A DNA stretch of 64,000 nt from NCBI RefSeq assembly GCF_002087085.1, contig NZ_MWQY01000005.1, positions 124,001 to 188,000 of the forward strand, written 5' to 3'. Position 1 is the first letter of the stretch. Each line of letters starts with the position of its first letter. Below are positions 19,659 to 29,858 of the stretch, piece after piece. The position numbers and the translations under genes are program-made. The notes beneath the pieces are model-generated. The model worked only from the letters and a program-made list of their open reading frames with translations, did no database searches and had not been told where the DNA came from.

Positions 19659-22044
19659 AATAGGTTTTTATCCGGGTAAGCTCAAATTCTTCAAGATTAT
19701 CCGTAAAGCTGCTGCGTAAAAGACGGCTGATTCCTTTTACATCCGCTTTTCCGTCGGGGTAAAAAAATCGAAACACATAATTCTCCTCCTGTTCAAGGGG
19801 AGTATCTAAATGTGGAGAAAAGAGGTTTTGAATCTCCTGTTCATGTGTTTCTGCAAAATTTCTTCGCACTTTCAATTCGTAATCTGAACCATGGTAATAA
19901 GACATTACAGATTTAACACCCTGGGGAAAATCGAAAAAGGTTCCGGAAATAATTCTCATTCCCTCCGGCATCGAGGTGTTACATAAACGGGAGAATTCAC
20001 GGGGTTCGAAATCTTCATCAAGGAAAATCATGGCAACCTCATGGTATGACGAAACTCCAAGAGACAGGGGATGTGCAAACTCCAGTTTAGGCTTGGGATT
20101 GAAACCCTGGGTATACTGAACCGGGATCTCCTGCCGGGTGAAAAGCCGTTGGAAAACAGTAACAAGGTTTTTATGTGAAAGAAACCTGGAGGGACCTTCC
20201 TTCGTAAAACTGAAAAGAAACCGTTTGAATTTTCGCGCATTTTCTATAGGCTGCACTTTATTTTCCGGTTTATCATTCAACGCAGGTTGTGCCAGATCAA
20301 TTCCTTTTTCGTCATCGCAGGCACCGCAGTTGTGGCGGCAGAGCTGCTTACAGGGGTCGGTAAGCTCACCCTTTTCTGCCCGTCTGTATTCAGCCTCGAG
20401 GTATGATTTACGTACACCTATATCAATGGAATCCCAGGGGAGAACTTCATCTGCGCTCCGGGGACGGGAGACTTCACTGATGGGATCCCAGCTTTCTTCC
20501 TGCAGTATCTTTCGCCACAGGTCACGATTGAGATATTCTTCCCAGGCGTCCAGGCGGGCTCCCGCGTAATAGGCTTTTTCTATAATGCCCCCTACCCGTT
20601 CATCCCCCCGCGAGATGAGGCCCTCGAGGATCGAGGCAAAAGGAGAATGGTATCCGAATTTATACAGCTTTCTGTTCAGGCCGTTCCGAATAGAGTGAAT
20701 TGTATTGAGTGCCTTTTCCTCGCTCAGCTGATAGGATCTCTGAAAAGGAGTATGCGGTTTGGGAATAAAGGTGTTAACCGTAAGATGTATGCGTACTCCG
20801 GTCTTTTTACGTATCTCCTCGAGGTAATCGATGATGGCCTGGGGAGTGCTCTCGGAATCCTGGGGAAGCCCGATCATAAAATAGAACTTGGCGCTTCTCC
20901 AACCGAATTTCTTCGCGGCATTGAGTATTTCAATGATTCTTTCCGCCGGTACTTCCTTGTTGATGCTCAGTTGTCCTGCAAGTTCCGGAGTCTCAACGGC
21001 AAAGGTCAAGCCACTCTTACGGACTTCAGATATTCGATTCAGGATAGGCAGGGTGAAACTGTTGACCCTGAGAGAGGGCAGACTGAAAGAAACCTGACGA
21101 TCAGAAAATCTTGCTGTAAGCAGGTCTACAAGAGACTGTAATTGTGAATAGTCCCCGGTCGAAAGACTCGACAAGGTTATCTCCCTGTAACCGTATTTAT
21201 GGAAAAGATACTCCGCTTCTTCCATAATGATATCGATTTCTTTTTCCCTGTGAGGCCTGTAGACGACGCCGGCATGGCAAAATCTGCAGCCGTTTGGGCA
21301 TCCGCGCATTATCTCGACAACACCATGATCCTGTACCGCGCTCATACCGGGCAAAGGAAATTTTTGAAAGAACGGATTGCAGCCGAAGCCCTGCCATACA
21401 GCACGAGAGGTTTTTTCCGATTTTCCCGGGTACCAGATGTTCGGATGCTGATGAACCAGCTCGAGCAGTTCCCTTCGTCCAGCCCCTTTGGTTTTTGCGT
21501 CCCGCAGTTGTTCTATCAATTCGCTCCAGACCTGCTCTGCTTCACCTATGAATACGGCATCCAGAAAATTCGATAAAGGAGCAGGATTTGTCAAGGCACT
21601 TCCACCGGCAACCACTATGGGATCCCCGGGACCTCTATCGGCGCTGCGGAGGGGCACTCCGCCCATATCGAGAACCGAAAGAATCGACGTAGCGGAGAGC
21701 TCATAACCAACGGTAAAGGCCAGAATATCAAAATCCCGGACGGGACGGGCGTTTTCAAGGCTGTATAAGGGAAGGTTTTTTCTGTTCAACAGCTCTTCAA
21801 AATCGGGAGCCGGAACAAAGACACGTTCGCAGGCGACATCTTCCAGAGCATTCAGCATGCTATAAAGAATCCTGATGGAATAATTGGACATGCCTATTTC
21901 ATACAGATCAGGAAATGAAAGAGCTATCCGAAACTTCGTATCCTCGGGCTTTCTGATGATGGCATATTCACCGCCCACATAGCGTGCCGGTTTTTCAACC
22001 GACAACAGGCTGTTGCCGAGAGCGTCAAGAATATTGGTACGCAT
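19597..22044 (-). CDS. B12-binding-type radical SAM protein (TIGR03960-like) fused to a DUF2344/TIGR03936 domain
   Basis: VEKPARYVGGE, FPDLYEIGMS, EIMRGCPNGCRFC, FIPKPHTPFQ, CRHNCGAC, C-terminal RFLSH...GFNPKPK. Confidence 0.9.
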   Translation of the reverse strand: MRTNILDALGNSLLSVEKPARYVGGEYAIIRKPEDTKFRIALSFPDLYEIGMSNYSIRILYSMLNALEDVACERVFVPAPDFEELLNRKNLPLYSLENARPVRDFDILAFTVGYELSATSILSVLDMGGVPLRSADRGPGDPIVVAGGSALTNPAPLSNFLDAVFIGEAEQVWSELIEQLRDAKTKGAGRRELLELVHQHPNIWYPGKSEKTSRAVWQGFGCNPFFQKFPLPGMSAVQDHGVVEIMRGCPNGCRFCHAGVVYRPHREKEIDIIMEEAEYLFHKYGYREITLSSLSTGDYSQLQSLVDLLTARFSDRQVSFSLPSLRVNSFTLPILNRISEVRKSGLTFAVETPELAGQLSINKEVPAERIIEILNAAKKFGWRSAKFYFMIGLPQDSESTPQAIIDYLEEIRKKTGVRIHLTVNTFIPKPHTPFQRSYQLSEEKALNTIHSIRNGLNRKLYKFGYHSPFASILEGLISRGDERVGGIIEKAYYAGARLDAWEEYLNRDLWRKILQEESWDPISEVSRPRSADEVLPWDSIDIGVRKSYLEAEYRRAEKGELTDPCKQLCRHNCGACDDEKGIDLAQPALNDKPENKVQPIENARKFKRFLFSFTKEGPSRFLSHKNLVTVFQRLFTRQEIPVQYTQGFNPKPKLEFAHPLSLGVSSYHEVAMIFLDEDFEPREFSRLCNTSMPEGMRIISGTFFDFPQGVKSVMSYYHGSDYELKVRRNFAETHEQEIQNLFSPHLDTPLEQEENYVFRFFYPDGKADVKGISRLLRSSFTDNLEEFELTRIKTYFRSEHPDSVPVSLPGSSSGP

Positions 22045-22058
22045 GCTACATCCTTGTA

Positions 22059-23372
22059 CTAGAAATGATATCGCCGTTGATGTATATTCAACAGGATTCC
22101 TATGGAAATAAGGGAGTTGAGTATCGATGAGCCGCCGTATGAAACGAACGGCAAAGGTATCCCGGTTATCGGCATAATTCCCATGGTCATACCGATATTA
22201 ACGACCATATGAAAAAAAAGCATTCCTACTATACCAGCGCCAACGATCTTTCCATATCGGTCTTTCGCTGTCCAAATTATATAAATTCCACGAAGCAGAA
22301 CAACAGTAAAAAGAAGAAGAATCAGAAAACTCCCGATGAATCCCCACTCTTCGGCAATAATTGAAAAGATAAAGTCAGTACTCTGCATGGGCAGAAATCG
22401 ATACTGGCTCTGAGTCCCCTGCAAAAAACCCTTGCCGTAGAGTCCTCCGGATCCTACAGCTGTAATCGATTGTATAATATGCCAGCCGGTCCCGCGGGGA
22501 TCAATTTCCGGATCAAGAAATACAATAAGCCGCATTATCTGATAATCCTTAAGCACTTTTTGCATTAAAAATGCGCCGATAAAGGATAATGCAGAAGAAA
22601 AAGCAAAGAAACCGGTCCAGTAAAAATATTTTCTGTGATACGAAATAAAGCCTATAAGCGATAGTATGGTGATCAGTACTGCCACCAGAATCAGGTACGG
22701 CCAGAAGGAAGCCTCGGTAAGAATACGAATCAAGAACCCTTCATTGTGAAGGATTGCGCTGTTCCATTCGGGGAGAATTCCGAGAATGATTGTGAGGAAC
22801 CCGCTGAGGACAAGGAAAAAAAGATACCGTAACGGTACGAGTGCAATAAAGGCCGAAAAAAGATAAATCGGTACAAATACCAGTGCTGTTCCCATATCAG
22901 GCTGGAGGAGGATAAGGCCCATGGGAAGGGCAACGATTCCCAGGCTCATGAAAAGGGTGCTGAGCTTCCTGATGGAGTTGCGGTGCTGATCGAAAAAGTA
23001 TCCGAGGTAGAGTATTGTAAGAATTTTCATTAATTCAGACGGTTGACCCACATGGAATGAACCCAGGGTTATCCATGCTCTGGCTCCGTTGACGACTTTG
23101 CCAAAGACAAGGGTATAGACCAGAACCAGAATACCGGCAAGATAAAAATAGAGAGACCATTCGCCAAGGCGTGAATAATTACCAAAACTGAACAGGAGAC
23201 ACAGTACCAGTCCGATTGATATGGAGATTATCTGCTTTATATATTCGTTGGAGTAAACAATACCGCTGGATGAAACACCTGATGAGTATATAAAAAGAAC
23301 GCCGATAAGCATAAGGGCTATCACGGATAGGAAAATGAAAATATCAAAGCCGAGAAATGATCGAAGTTTCAT
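22059..23372 (-). CDS. rodA: Rod shape-determining SEDS protein RodA
   Basis: NGARAWI, QPSELMK, QPDMGT, YQIMRL, TDFIFS, GIMPITGIPLPFVSYGGSS. Confidence 0.95.
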   Translation of the reverse strand: MKLRSFLGFDIFIFLSVIALMLIGVLFIYSSGVSSSGIVYSNEYIKQIISISIGLVLCLLFSFGNYSRLGEWSLYFYLAGILVLVYTLVFGKVVNGARAWITLGSFHVGQPSELMKILTILYLGYFFDQHRNSIRKLSTLFMSLGIVALPMGLILLQPDMGTALVFVPIYLFSAFIALVPLRYLFFLVLSGFLTIILGILPEWNSAILHNEGFLIRILTEASFWPYLILVAVLITILSLIGFISYHRKYFYWTGFFAFSSALSFIGAFLMQKVLKDYQIMRLIVFLDPEIDPRGTGWHIIQSITAVGSGGLYGKGFLQGTQSQYRFLPMQSTDFIFSIIAEEWGFIGSFLILLLFTVVLLRGIYIIWTAKDRYGKIVGAGIVGMLFFHMVVNIGMTMGIMPITGIPLPFVSYGGSSILNSLISIGILLNIHQRRYHF

Positions 23373-25243
23373 CAGGGCTTATCCCTGAAAAGATCGGGAA
23401 ACATCCACTGCCAGCGTAAGGACTTTACTGCCTGTTTGAAATCCTCGTCTGCAAATATCCCCTGGAAAATAATATTTGCCGCCTTTGGTGCCCACCATTC
23501 CCAATCATTTACTGCTTCAACATTAATTGCCACTACCACTTGATCTTCAGGAGGTCCGTTGAAGGGTGCGTAGGCTACAAACCATGAACTCCACTGGTCC
23601 TCGAATCCCGCCTCTCCGGTTCCGGTCTTGCCGGCCACCTCCACTGCCTGTGTTGTCAACACCACCTTGGCAGTTCCATCGACGATTACACCGCGAAGAT
23701 ATTCCTGAACCTTTTTAAAGACCTCCGGATTAATCGTTGACTGTTGTAGTATTTCCGGTTCCTGTTCTTCAACAACTGATCCTGAAACAGGATCCCGTAT
23801 TTCCTTTAGAAAATGCGGCCGGTAAATAATACCTTCGTTGACTACCATGGCCATCATGTTCGCCATCTGTACAGGAGTAACAAGCAGGTCGCCCTGCCCT
23901 ATTGATATATTGGCTGTATCTCCACCCACCCATTTTACATTAAATGTCTCTTCTTTCCATTGCGGGCTCGGCACCCTCCCTGCGGTTTCTCCCGGAAGGT
24001 CGACATTCGTCGTCTGTCCAAAACCAAACTGCTGGGAGAAGTTTATTATACGATCAACGCCAAGGTAGCGGAGTCCAACGGTCCAGAAGTAGACATTACA
24101 GGATTCAGCGAGTCCTCCTTTCAGATCAAGGGGGCCATGACCTGTCTTTTTGTGACAGTTGAAAACCCGATTTCCGATACGCAGATAGCCGGGGCAATCT
24201 ATTTTCTGTTCAGGAGGAAACACCTTCTCTTCCAGAATTGCCGTTGTCATAACGGTCTTGAAGGCCGACGCTGGGGCATAGGAGGCCTGGATAGCCCTGT
24301 TGAGAAAGGGAAAACGGGGGTCGAGGCTTGTTTTTCTGTACTCGGAAGGATCCCTCTCCGTTCCGAACATGTTTGGATTGAACCAGGGATACGATACCAT
24401 TGCAAGGATCTCCCCGGTGGATGGTTTTAAAACAACGACAGACCCGACTCTGGGGCCAAGGGCTTCTTCCACCAGTTTCTGAATCCTGCGGTCTATTGTA
24501 AGAACGAGGTTGTTGCCGGAAACGGGGGCCTGCACATCCACGCCGGGCTGAAAAACCCTTCTGCCCCTGACATCCACGGTGGAATATCGAATTCCGTCAG
24601 TTCCCCTAAGCAGCTTGTCGTATACTTTTTCAATTCCGCTCTTTCCAAGAGTTGAAGACTGGGAGTATCCCTGGTTATACAGAACCTGAAGCTCTTCCCT
24701 GGTAATATCACCTACATAGCCGATGATGTGCGACAAAGAACCCGGCACGGTGTAGGAACGAATTGATTTGTTGTTCCAGGTAATACCGGGAAAATCATCT
24801 ATGTGTTCTGCAAGATAACTGATGGTCCTCAGATCGACACCCGACGCGACCTCTACGGGCTGATACAGGTGATCATAGGAAGGCAGAATTCTTCCTTCAA
24901 TCTGTTCGACCGTCAGATCAAGGACCTCGGCCAGCCTTGGAAAAATCAGTTTGCGATCCGCCCTGGAAAGCTCCGCAGGTATGACGTTCACCGCGAAGGA
25001 TGGGATATTAATGGCCAGGGGAAGGTCAAAGTTACGGTCGTAAATCTCCCCCCGCTGGGCAGAGATTATCGAACTCCTTCGGGCGACCTGTTGAGCCCGG
25101 CGCTGGAATTCATTAGCCCTGATCACCTGTAAACTGAACAGATACAGAACGAAAATCAGGATGCTTACCACAAAGATACCGCCAATAGTCAAAAGGCGCA
25201 GTTTGTTTGATGGGTTATCCCGCTCGCCAAAACCGATACTCAT
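23372..25243 (-). CDS. mrdA: Penicillin-binding protein 2
   Basis: RGEIYDRN, GKSGIE, SAFK (SxxK), SCN (SxN), KTG. Lies between mreD and rodA. Confidence 0.95.
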   Translation of the reverse strand: MSIGFGERDNPSNKLRLLTIGGIFVVSILIFVLYLFSLQVIRANEFQRRAQQVARRSSIISAQRGEIYDRNFDLPLAINIPSFAVNVIPAELSRADRKLIFPRLAEVLDLTVEQIEGRILPSYDHLYQPVEVASGVDLRTISYLAEHIDDFPGITWNNKSIRSYTVPGSLSHIIGYVGDITREELQVLYNQGYSQSSTLGKSGIEKVYDKLLRGTDGIRYSTVDVRGRRVFQPGVDVQAPVSGNNLVLTIDRRIQKLVEEALGPRVGSVVVLKPSTGEILAMVSYPWFNPNMFGTERDPSEYRKTSLDPRFPFLNRAIQASYAPASAFKTVMTTAILEEKVFPPEQKIDCPGYLRIGNRVFNCHKKTGHGPLDLKGGLAESCNVYFWTVGLRYLGVDRIINFSQQFGFGQTTNVDLPGETAGRVPSPQWKEETFNVKWVGGDTANISIGQGDLLVTPVQMANMMAMVVNEGIIYRPHFLKEIRDPVSGSVVEEQEPEILQQSTINPEVFKKVQEYLRGVIVDGTAKVVLTTQAVEVAGKTGTGEAGFEDQWSSWFVAYAPFNGPPEDQVVVAINVEAVNDWEWWAPKAANIIFQGIFADEDFKQAVKSLRWQWMFPDLFRDKP

Positions 25244-25746
25244 CGGTCCTCACTCCGAATATTGAAAGGCACTATTCCGGTAAGACGTAAAAGTCCAAAA
25301 CAGATAGGAGAAATAAGGGCGTGAAACAACAGCATCAAAGGAAAGGAACCGGAGAAAGGATGGCTCGATACTGCAATGGAAAAAATGGTAATGAGCAGGG
25401 TTCCGGTAAGCAGGTTGATCAGGCCGGCAAAAAACATGAGTACCATGGGCATGAAAATGGGATCAAGAAAGATTTTCCCCCGCAAGGAACCCGCCAGATA
25501 ACCGACCAGGCTGAAGGAAAAGCTGTGCAGGCCCAGAGGAGCTGCGGACAGAAAATCCACAGCAAGGCCCAGGCAAAAACCAATAAGCACTGCGCGCATC
25601 GAACCTTGCGCATGGGCAATGAAAATAAAGAACACCAGATAAATCCCCGGTTCAAGTCCAATTATTCCCAGTTCGCGGACGATTATGGTCTCCAGAAGGA
25701 GTAAACCCGTCAGCATAAGTATCTGTACAGCAGGATGGCGAATCAT
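25240..25746 (-). CDS. mreD: Rod shape-determining protein MreD
   Basis: Hydrophobic 168 aa with GFCLGLAVDFLSAAPLG. Lies between mreC and mrdA. Confidence 0.9.
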   Translation of the reverse strand: MIRHPAVQILMLTGLLLLETIIVRELGIIGLEPGIYLVFFIFIAHAQGSMRAVLIGFCLGLAVDFLSAAPLGLHSFSFSLVGYLAGSLRGKIFLDPIFMPMVLMFFAGLINLLTGTLLITIFSIAVSSHPFSGSFPLMLLFHALISPICFGLLRLTGIVPFNIRSEDR

Positions 25747-26609
25747 TTGGATGTTTCTCCGGAAGTTGGGGACTGAATATCAAGAACAACGACATACTCC
25801 AGACGGGAAAAATCTATAATAGGTTCTATGGAAAGTTCCAGATCCGGTTCCCACTCCTTGGAACCGATTGAGCGTACCCTTCCGATAAAAATATCCGGTG
25901 GATATATGGAATCGAGACCCGAGGTCTCAACCAGATCCCCGAACTGGATTTCTTCTCTGGCTGCCTTAACGACATAGCGCATGATTATTGGATGATGTAT
26001 TCCGCCTCCTCCCTGAACAAGCCCTTCAAAGCGGGAGTTCTGCAGTCTGCTGCTGACATAGCAGTTTGCGGAGATCAGAGGGAGGACTCTGGATGTAAAG
26101 GGTCCGGTTTCCAGAATTTTACCTACGACACCCTGGAATCCCTGCTGATAGGCAATAACCGGCATGTCTCTGGAAATCCCGTCCCGGCTCCCTTTATTAA
26201 TAGTAAAGGAATGGAAGTATGCCGAGGGGTCCTTTGCAATTATTCTTGAAGGAATATGTCGATAATCCAGTTCTTCCGTTAATTCCAGCAGGGTTCTGAG
26301 ACGTTCATTCTCGCTCCGCAGATTAACCAGATCTCTCTGGATCAGCTGATAATCCTCCATTTTTTCCCGGAGAGCTTCATATTCGCTTTTCAGCATCTTC
26401 AATTCCGTGATGGAGTTTGCAGTTTCGCGGAAAAAGTTCTTGACCCCTGCAAATCCGATCTGGAAGGTGGAAAGTACGGAATACCCGAATTGTGCGGGAT
26501 TTATTGAAAAGGACTTTGTGTCCACCACGAGAATCACCAGGCTTAAAAATAAGGCCGCAAGGAGTGTTAAACCCCTTCGGCGCTTGAAGAGAAAACCATT
26601 TTCGTTCAT
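25743..26609 (-). CDS. mreC: Rod shape-determining protein MreC
   Basis: TM + coiled coil (ENERLRTLL), TINKGSRDGI, GVVGKI, TSGLDSIYP. Confidence 0.93.
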   Translation of the reverse strand: MNENGFLFKRRRGLTLLAALFLSLVILVVDTKSFSINPAQFGYSVLSTFQIGFAGVKNFFRETANSITELKMLKSEYEALREKMEDYQLIQRDLVNLRSENERLRTLLELTEELDYRHIPSRIIAKDPSAYFHSFTINKGSRDGISRDMPVIAYQQGFQGVVGKILETGPFTSRVLPLISANCYVSSRLQNSRFEGLVQGGGGIHHPIIMRYVVKAAREEIQFGDLVETSGLDSIYPPDIFIGRVRSIGSKEWEPDLELSIEPIIDFSRLEYVVVLDIQSPTSGETSK

Positions 26610-26614
26610 AAGGC

Positions 26615-27658
26615 TTACGAATTCAGATTATTATAGATTGTCTGGTTGCTCGCCATATCCTTTGTATGCTGAAAATACATCCCCGCTCCGTTGGCCACGC
26701 ACAGAAGAGGGTCCTCCGCCAGTATAACGGGCACGCCGGTTTCTTTGCTGATGAGCTTGGGCAGACCCTTGAGGAGCGAGCCTCCTCCGGTCATGACGAT
26801 CCCGCGTTCAACGATATCCGCTGCGAGTTCCGGAGGGGTTTGTCCCAGAGTTCTCTTTATCTCTTCGATTACGGCGTTGATCGGTTCCTGAAGGGCTTCC
26901 CGTACCTCTACCGAGTCTATCTCAAGCCGGCGGGGCAGGCCCGTTATTGCATCCGTACCTTTAATCTCCATCTTCTCTATGGTTTTATCAGCAATTGCAT
27001 TTCCAATCTTGATCTTCAGGTTTTCTGCGGTCTGCTCACCCACAATCAGGTTGTGAACGTTTCTGACGTGTTTGATTATAGCTTCATCAAACTCATCTCC
27101 CCCAATACGGATGGCCTTGCTTACGACCATTCCGCCCAGGGAGATAACAGAAATTTCTGTTGTCCCGCCCCCAATATCGCAGATCATGTGCCCTGCGGGT
27201 TCAAATATGGGAATCTTGGCTCCAATGGCAGCGGCAAGGGATTCCTCGATGACCTTTACCTCTCTGGCGCCTGCCTTATATGCCGCTTCTTCGACTGCCC
27301 GGCGCTCAACTTCGGTGATACAGGTGGGAACACCTATGACCATTCTCGGTTTGACGAACCAACGCCGGGGCAGTACTTTACTGATAAAGTAGCGGATCAT
27401 TTTTTCGGTGGTCTCAAGGTCCGCGATGACTCCGTCCCGGAGCGGCCGGATCGCAATAATATCCCCGGGAGTCTTCCAGAGCATTCTTTTTGCTTCAACA
27501 CCGACGGCTACGACTTTTTTTGTTCCCCGTTCAACGGCGACTACGGAGGGTTCACTGATTACAATACCTTTACCCCTGACATAGATAAGGGTATTGCAGG
27601 TACCAAGATCTATACCAATTTCAGTGGAAAACGCGTCGGCGATATTAAAAGCTCCCAT
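26615..27658 (-). CDS. mreB: Actin-like protein MreB
   Basis: [51 protein letters not shown]. Start reassigned to ATG 27658 after GGAGG. Confidence 0.97.
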   Translation of the reverse strand: MGAFNIADAFSTEIGIDLGTCNTLIYVRGKGIVISEPSVVAVERGTKKVVAVGVEAKRMLWKTPGDIIAIRPLRDGVIADLETTEKMIRYFISKVLPRRWFVKPRMVIGVPTCITEVERRAVEEAAYKAGAREVKVIEESLAAAIGAKIPIFEPAGHMICDIGGGTTEISVISLGGMVVSKAIRIGGDEFDEAIIKHVRNVHNLIVGEQTAENLKIKIGNAIADKTIEKMEIKGTDAITGLPRRLEIDSVEVREALQEPINAVIEEIKRTLGQTPPELAADIVERGIVMTGGGSLLKGLPKLISKETGVPVILAEDPLLCVANGAGMYFQHTKDMASNQTIYNNLNS

Positions 27659-27674
27659 TAGGAATCCTCCAGCA

Positions 27675-28628
27675 TTAGTTGTAAAGTTTCTGACGCGCTC
27701 CATGGTGCGTCGGGTCAATCTCAAGCGCCTTCCGCCACTCAGCGCGCGCTTTGATAGTATCATTCAATTCATCATAAATCGAGCCCAAATAAAAATATGA
27801 ATCCGCTGAATTCCTGTTGATCGCCAGTATCTCTCGATACTGCTTTTCAGCCTTCAGATATTCCTCACGATTCATGTATATCCTGCCCAGCAGAAACCGG
27901 GCCTTTTGCTGCGTAGCCACATCAGTCGTTGCATTCAGGCAGCGCAGGAGGGTTTCTTCAGCCCGGGAAAACTCTTCCATCGAGAAATAGGTCTGTCCAA
28001 GAACAAGATATAAAGTATCGGATGGATTTTGATCAAGGGATTTCTCAAAATATTCTACACTCTTGCCGTACTCCCCGAGTTCAGAGTACGCAAGACCAAG
28101 GTACTCGTAACTGTCTGCCCCCTGGTACCCCAATTCAAGGGAACTCAGCATATAATCTATCGCAAGATCAGAGTAATAACGACCTTTGTGGTAATATGTT
28201 TTTGCCAGAATATAATGGACGCTTCCCTTCAGGGGGTAGTCTTCCGCGAGGTCTGCAAGCCTGAGGTGTTTTATTGCCTGATCAAAAAGGGGGATTTTGT
28301 CTTCCAGGGTAAACTTTGCAACCCCGCGGTAAAAAAAGGAAAAACCATTATAGATAAGAGCTTCCGGATTAAGCGGAGATGAATCCAGGATTTCCTCGCA
28401 GCGAAGATTTATCTGTTCATAATTCATCTGTTCCCAGAGGAGTTTCAGTTCCTCCCGCATGCTCAGCTCGTTTCCATTGACCTGCATAATCTTGTTTATG
28501 GAAAGCGCACCGACAGTTATGGAAAGAACAACAACAATGCCGGAAACAAGCATCTTAAGACCGCTTTTACGCCTTCCGTACCCCTGGGATGCACGCGAAA
28601 AGTTGAACCGATCCTTTGGTAGTTGCAT
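27675..28628 (-). CDS. Membrane-anchored TPR protein
   Basis: N-terminal TM and multiple TPRs ([44 protein letters not shown]). Start moved to 28628 to avoid overlapping rnpB. Confidence 0.85.
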   Translation of the reverse strand: MQLPKDRFNFSRASQGYGRRKSGLKMLVSGIVVVLSITVGALSINKIMQVNGNELSMREELKLLWEQMNYEQINLRCEEILDSSPLNPEALIYNGFSFFYRGVAKFTLEDKIPLFDQAIKHLRLADLAEDYPLKGSVHYILAKTYYHKGRYYSDLAIDYMLSSLELGYQGADSYEYLGLAYSELGEYGKSVEYFEKSLDQNPSDTLYLVLGQTYFSMEEFSRAEETLLRCLNATTDVATQQKARFLLGRIYMNREEYLKAEKQYREILAINRNSADSYFYLGSIYDELNDTIKARAEWRKALEIDPTHHGARQKLYN

Positions 28629-28651
28629 CGTTGCCTCGTATATAAAATAAA

Positions 28652-29025
28652 GAAGCAGACCTGTAAGCCGGATTCTGTCGTGGATAGCCATCTATCTGTG
28701 ACTGCCGTTACCGGCAGCCTGATGCAGCCTACCCGCAGACTCTGGGCGAACCACCCGTCTGCTGTATGGCTTTGCTCCGGATGAGGTTTACCATGCCCTC
28801 CAGGTTACCCTGGAAGCGGTGGGCTCTTACCCCGCCTTTTCACCCTTACCTGACAACCAAACCAAAGGTTCAGTAGTCAGGCGGTATATTTTCTGCGGCA
28901 CTTTCTGTCTGCATTGTACTTCATCAGAAACACTATGCAGCCCGGGAGTTACCCGGCATCCTGTTCTGCGGAGCCCGGACTTTCCTCCGCAGTTAAAAAA
29001 CTGCGGCGACTATCTGGTCTGCTTC
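28652..29025 (-). ncRNA. rnpB: RNase P RNA (type A)
   Basis: Minus strand reads GAAGCAGACCAGATAGTCGC...GAGGAAAGTCCGGGCTCC...AGTGCCGCAGAAA...GGTGAAAAGGCGGGGTAAGAGCCCACC...GGTAAACCTCATCCGGAGCAA...ACAGAATCCGGCTTACAGGTCTGCTTC, with terminal P1 pairing. Confidence 0.96.
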
Positions 29026-29042
29026 AGCTATGTAGTTTACCC

Positions 29043-29828
29043 CTACTCCTCGGAATCGACAAGGTCTGCCAGACTGCCAGTGTCCTCATCCTGGAAATAG
29101 TATGCGTCCTCAGCGATTTCTGATTCGCTGTAAAAAAGAATCCTGCTGCAGTAAGGACAAAAAAGAATCTTCTCCCCGTTGCGAACATCATTCACAAATT
29201 GCGAAGGAAGCTGCATGTGACATCCGGTACAAACGGATGCTTTTACCGGAACAATACCGACACCGGATTTTGACCGAATAATTCTCTCGAATTTGAAGAG
29301 AATGTCCTCGTCCAATCCGGGAATAACATCCTTCTCTTCAGATTCAAGCTGCTTGAGGACCTCTTCCTTCTGGGCGCTCTCATTTTTTATCTTTTCCTGC
29401 TCCGCCGAGAGTTCCTCTTCCTGGAGCTGTATCATGCTCTCTTCCCGCTCGAGGGTTGCATTGATCTCTTCAAGTTCCTTCTCTTCCCGCAGAATGTCCT
29501 TGCGCAGCTGCTGTTCCTTTTCTGTCGCGTCACGGATTTCTTTATCGAGGGCTTCGTATTCACGCTGAGTGGTAATCTGGTCCATCTGCTTCTCATAGGT
29601 CTCACGCTGGGTTTCAGCGTCGGAGAGCTTGATACGCAGAGACTTGATTTTTTCGTTAATCCGCTCTCGTTTGGCATTTTTCTCGATATACGATTTCTTG
29701 AGACGGTTCAACAGTTCGGTTTTGGTGGTCAGCGCCTTGGGAATATCATGGATTTCCCGTTCAATTTCGTACTTCTGCGAAAGAATATCCTGCAGGGTAC
29801 GTAATTTGTCAAAAACCTCGGTCATCAT
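29043..29828 (-). CDS. Coiled-coil protein with C4 zinc ribbon (CT398/HP0958 family)
   Basis: Long coiled coil with REYEALDKEI, then CTGCHMQLP...FCPYCSRIL. Lies between rpoD and rnpB. Confidence 0.9.
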   Translation of the reverse strand: MMTEVFDKLRTLQDILSQKYEIEREIHDIPKALTTKTELLNRLKKSYIEKNAKRERINEKIKSLRIKLSDAETQRETYEKQMDQITTQREYEALDKEIRDATEKEQQLRKDILREEKELEEINATLEREESMIQLQEEELSAEQEKIKNESAQKEEVLKQLESEEKDVIPGLDEDILFKFERIIRSKSGVGIVPVKASVCTGCHMQLPSQFVNDVRNGEKILFCPYCSRILFYSESEIAEDAYYFQDEDTGSLADLVDSEE

Positions 29829-29858
29829 AATGCTTATTGCCCTCGTATAGTAATTTAT

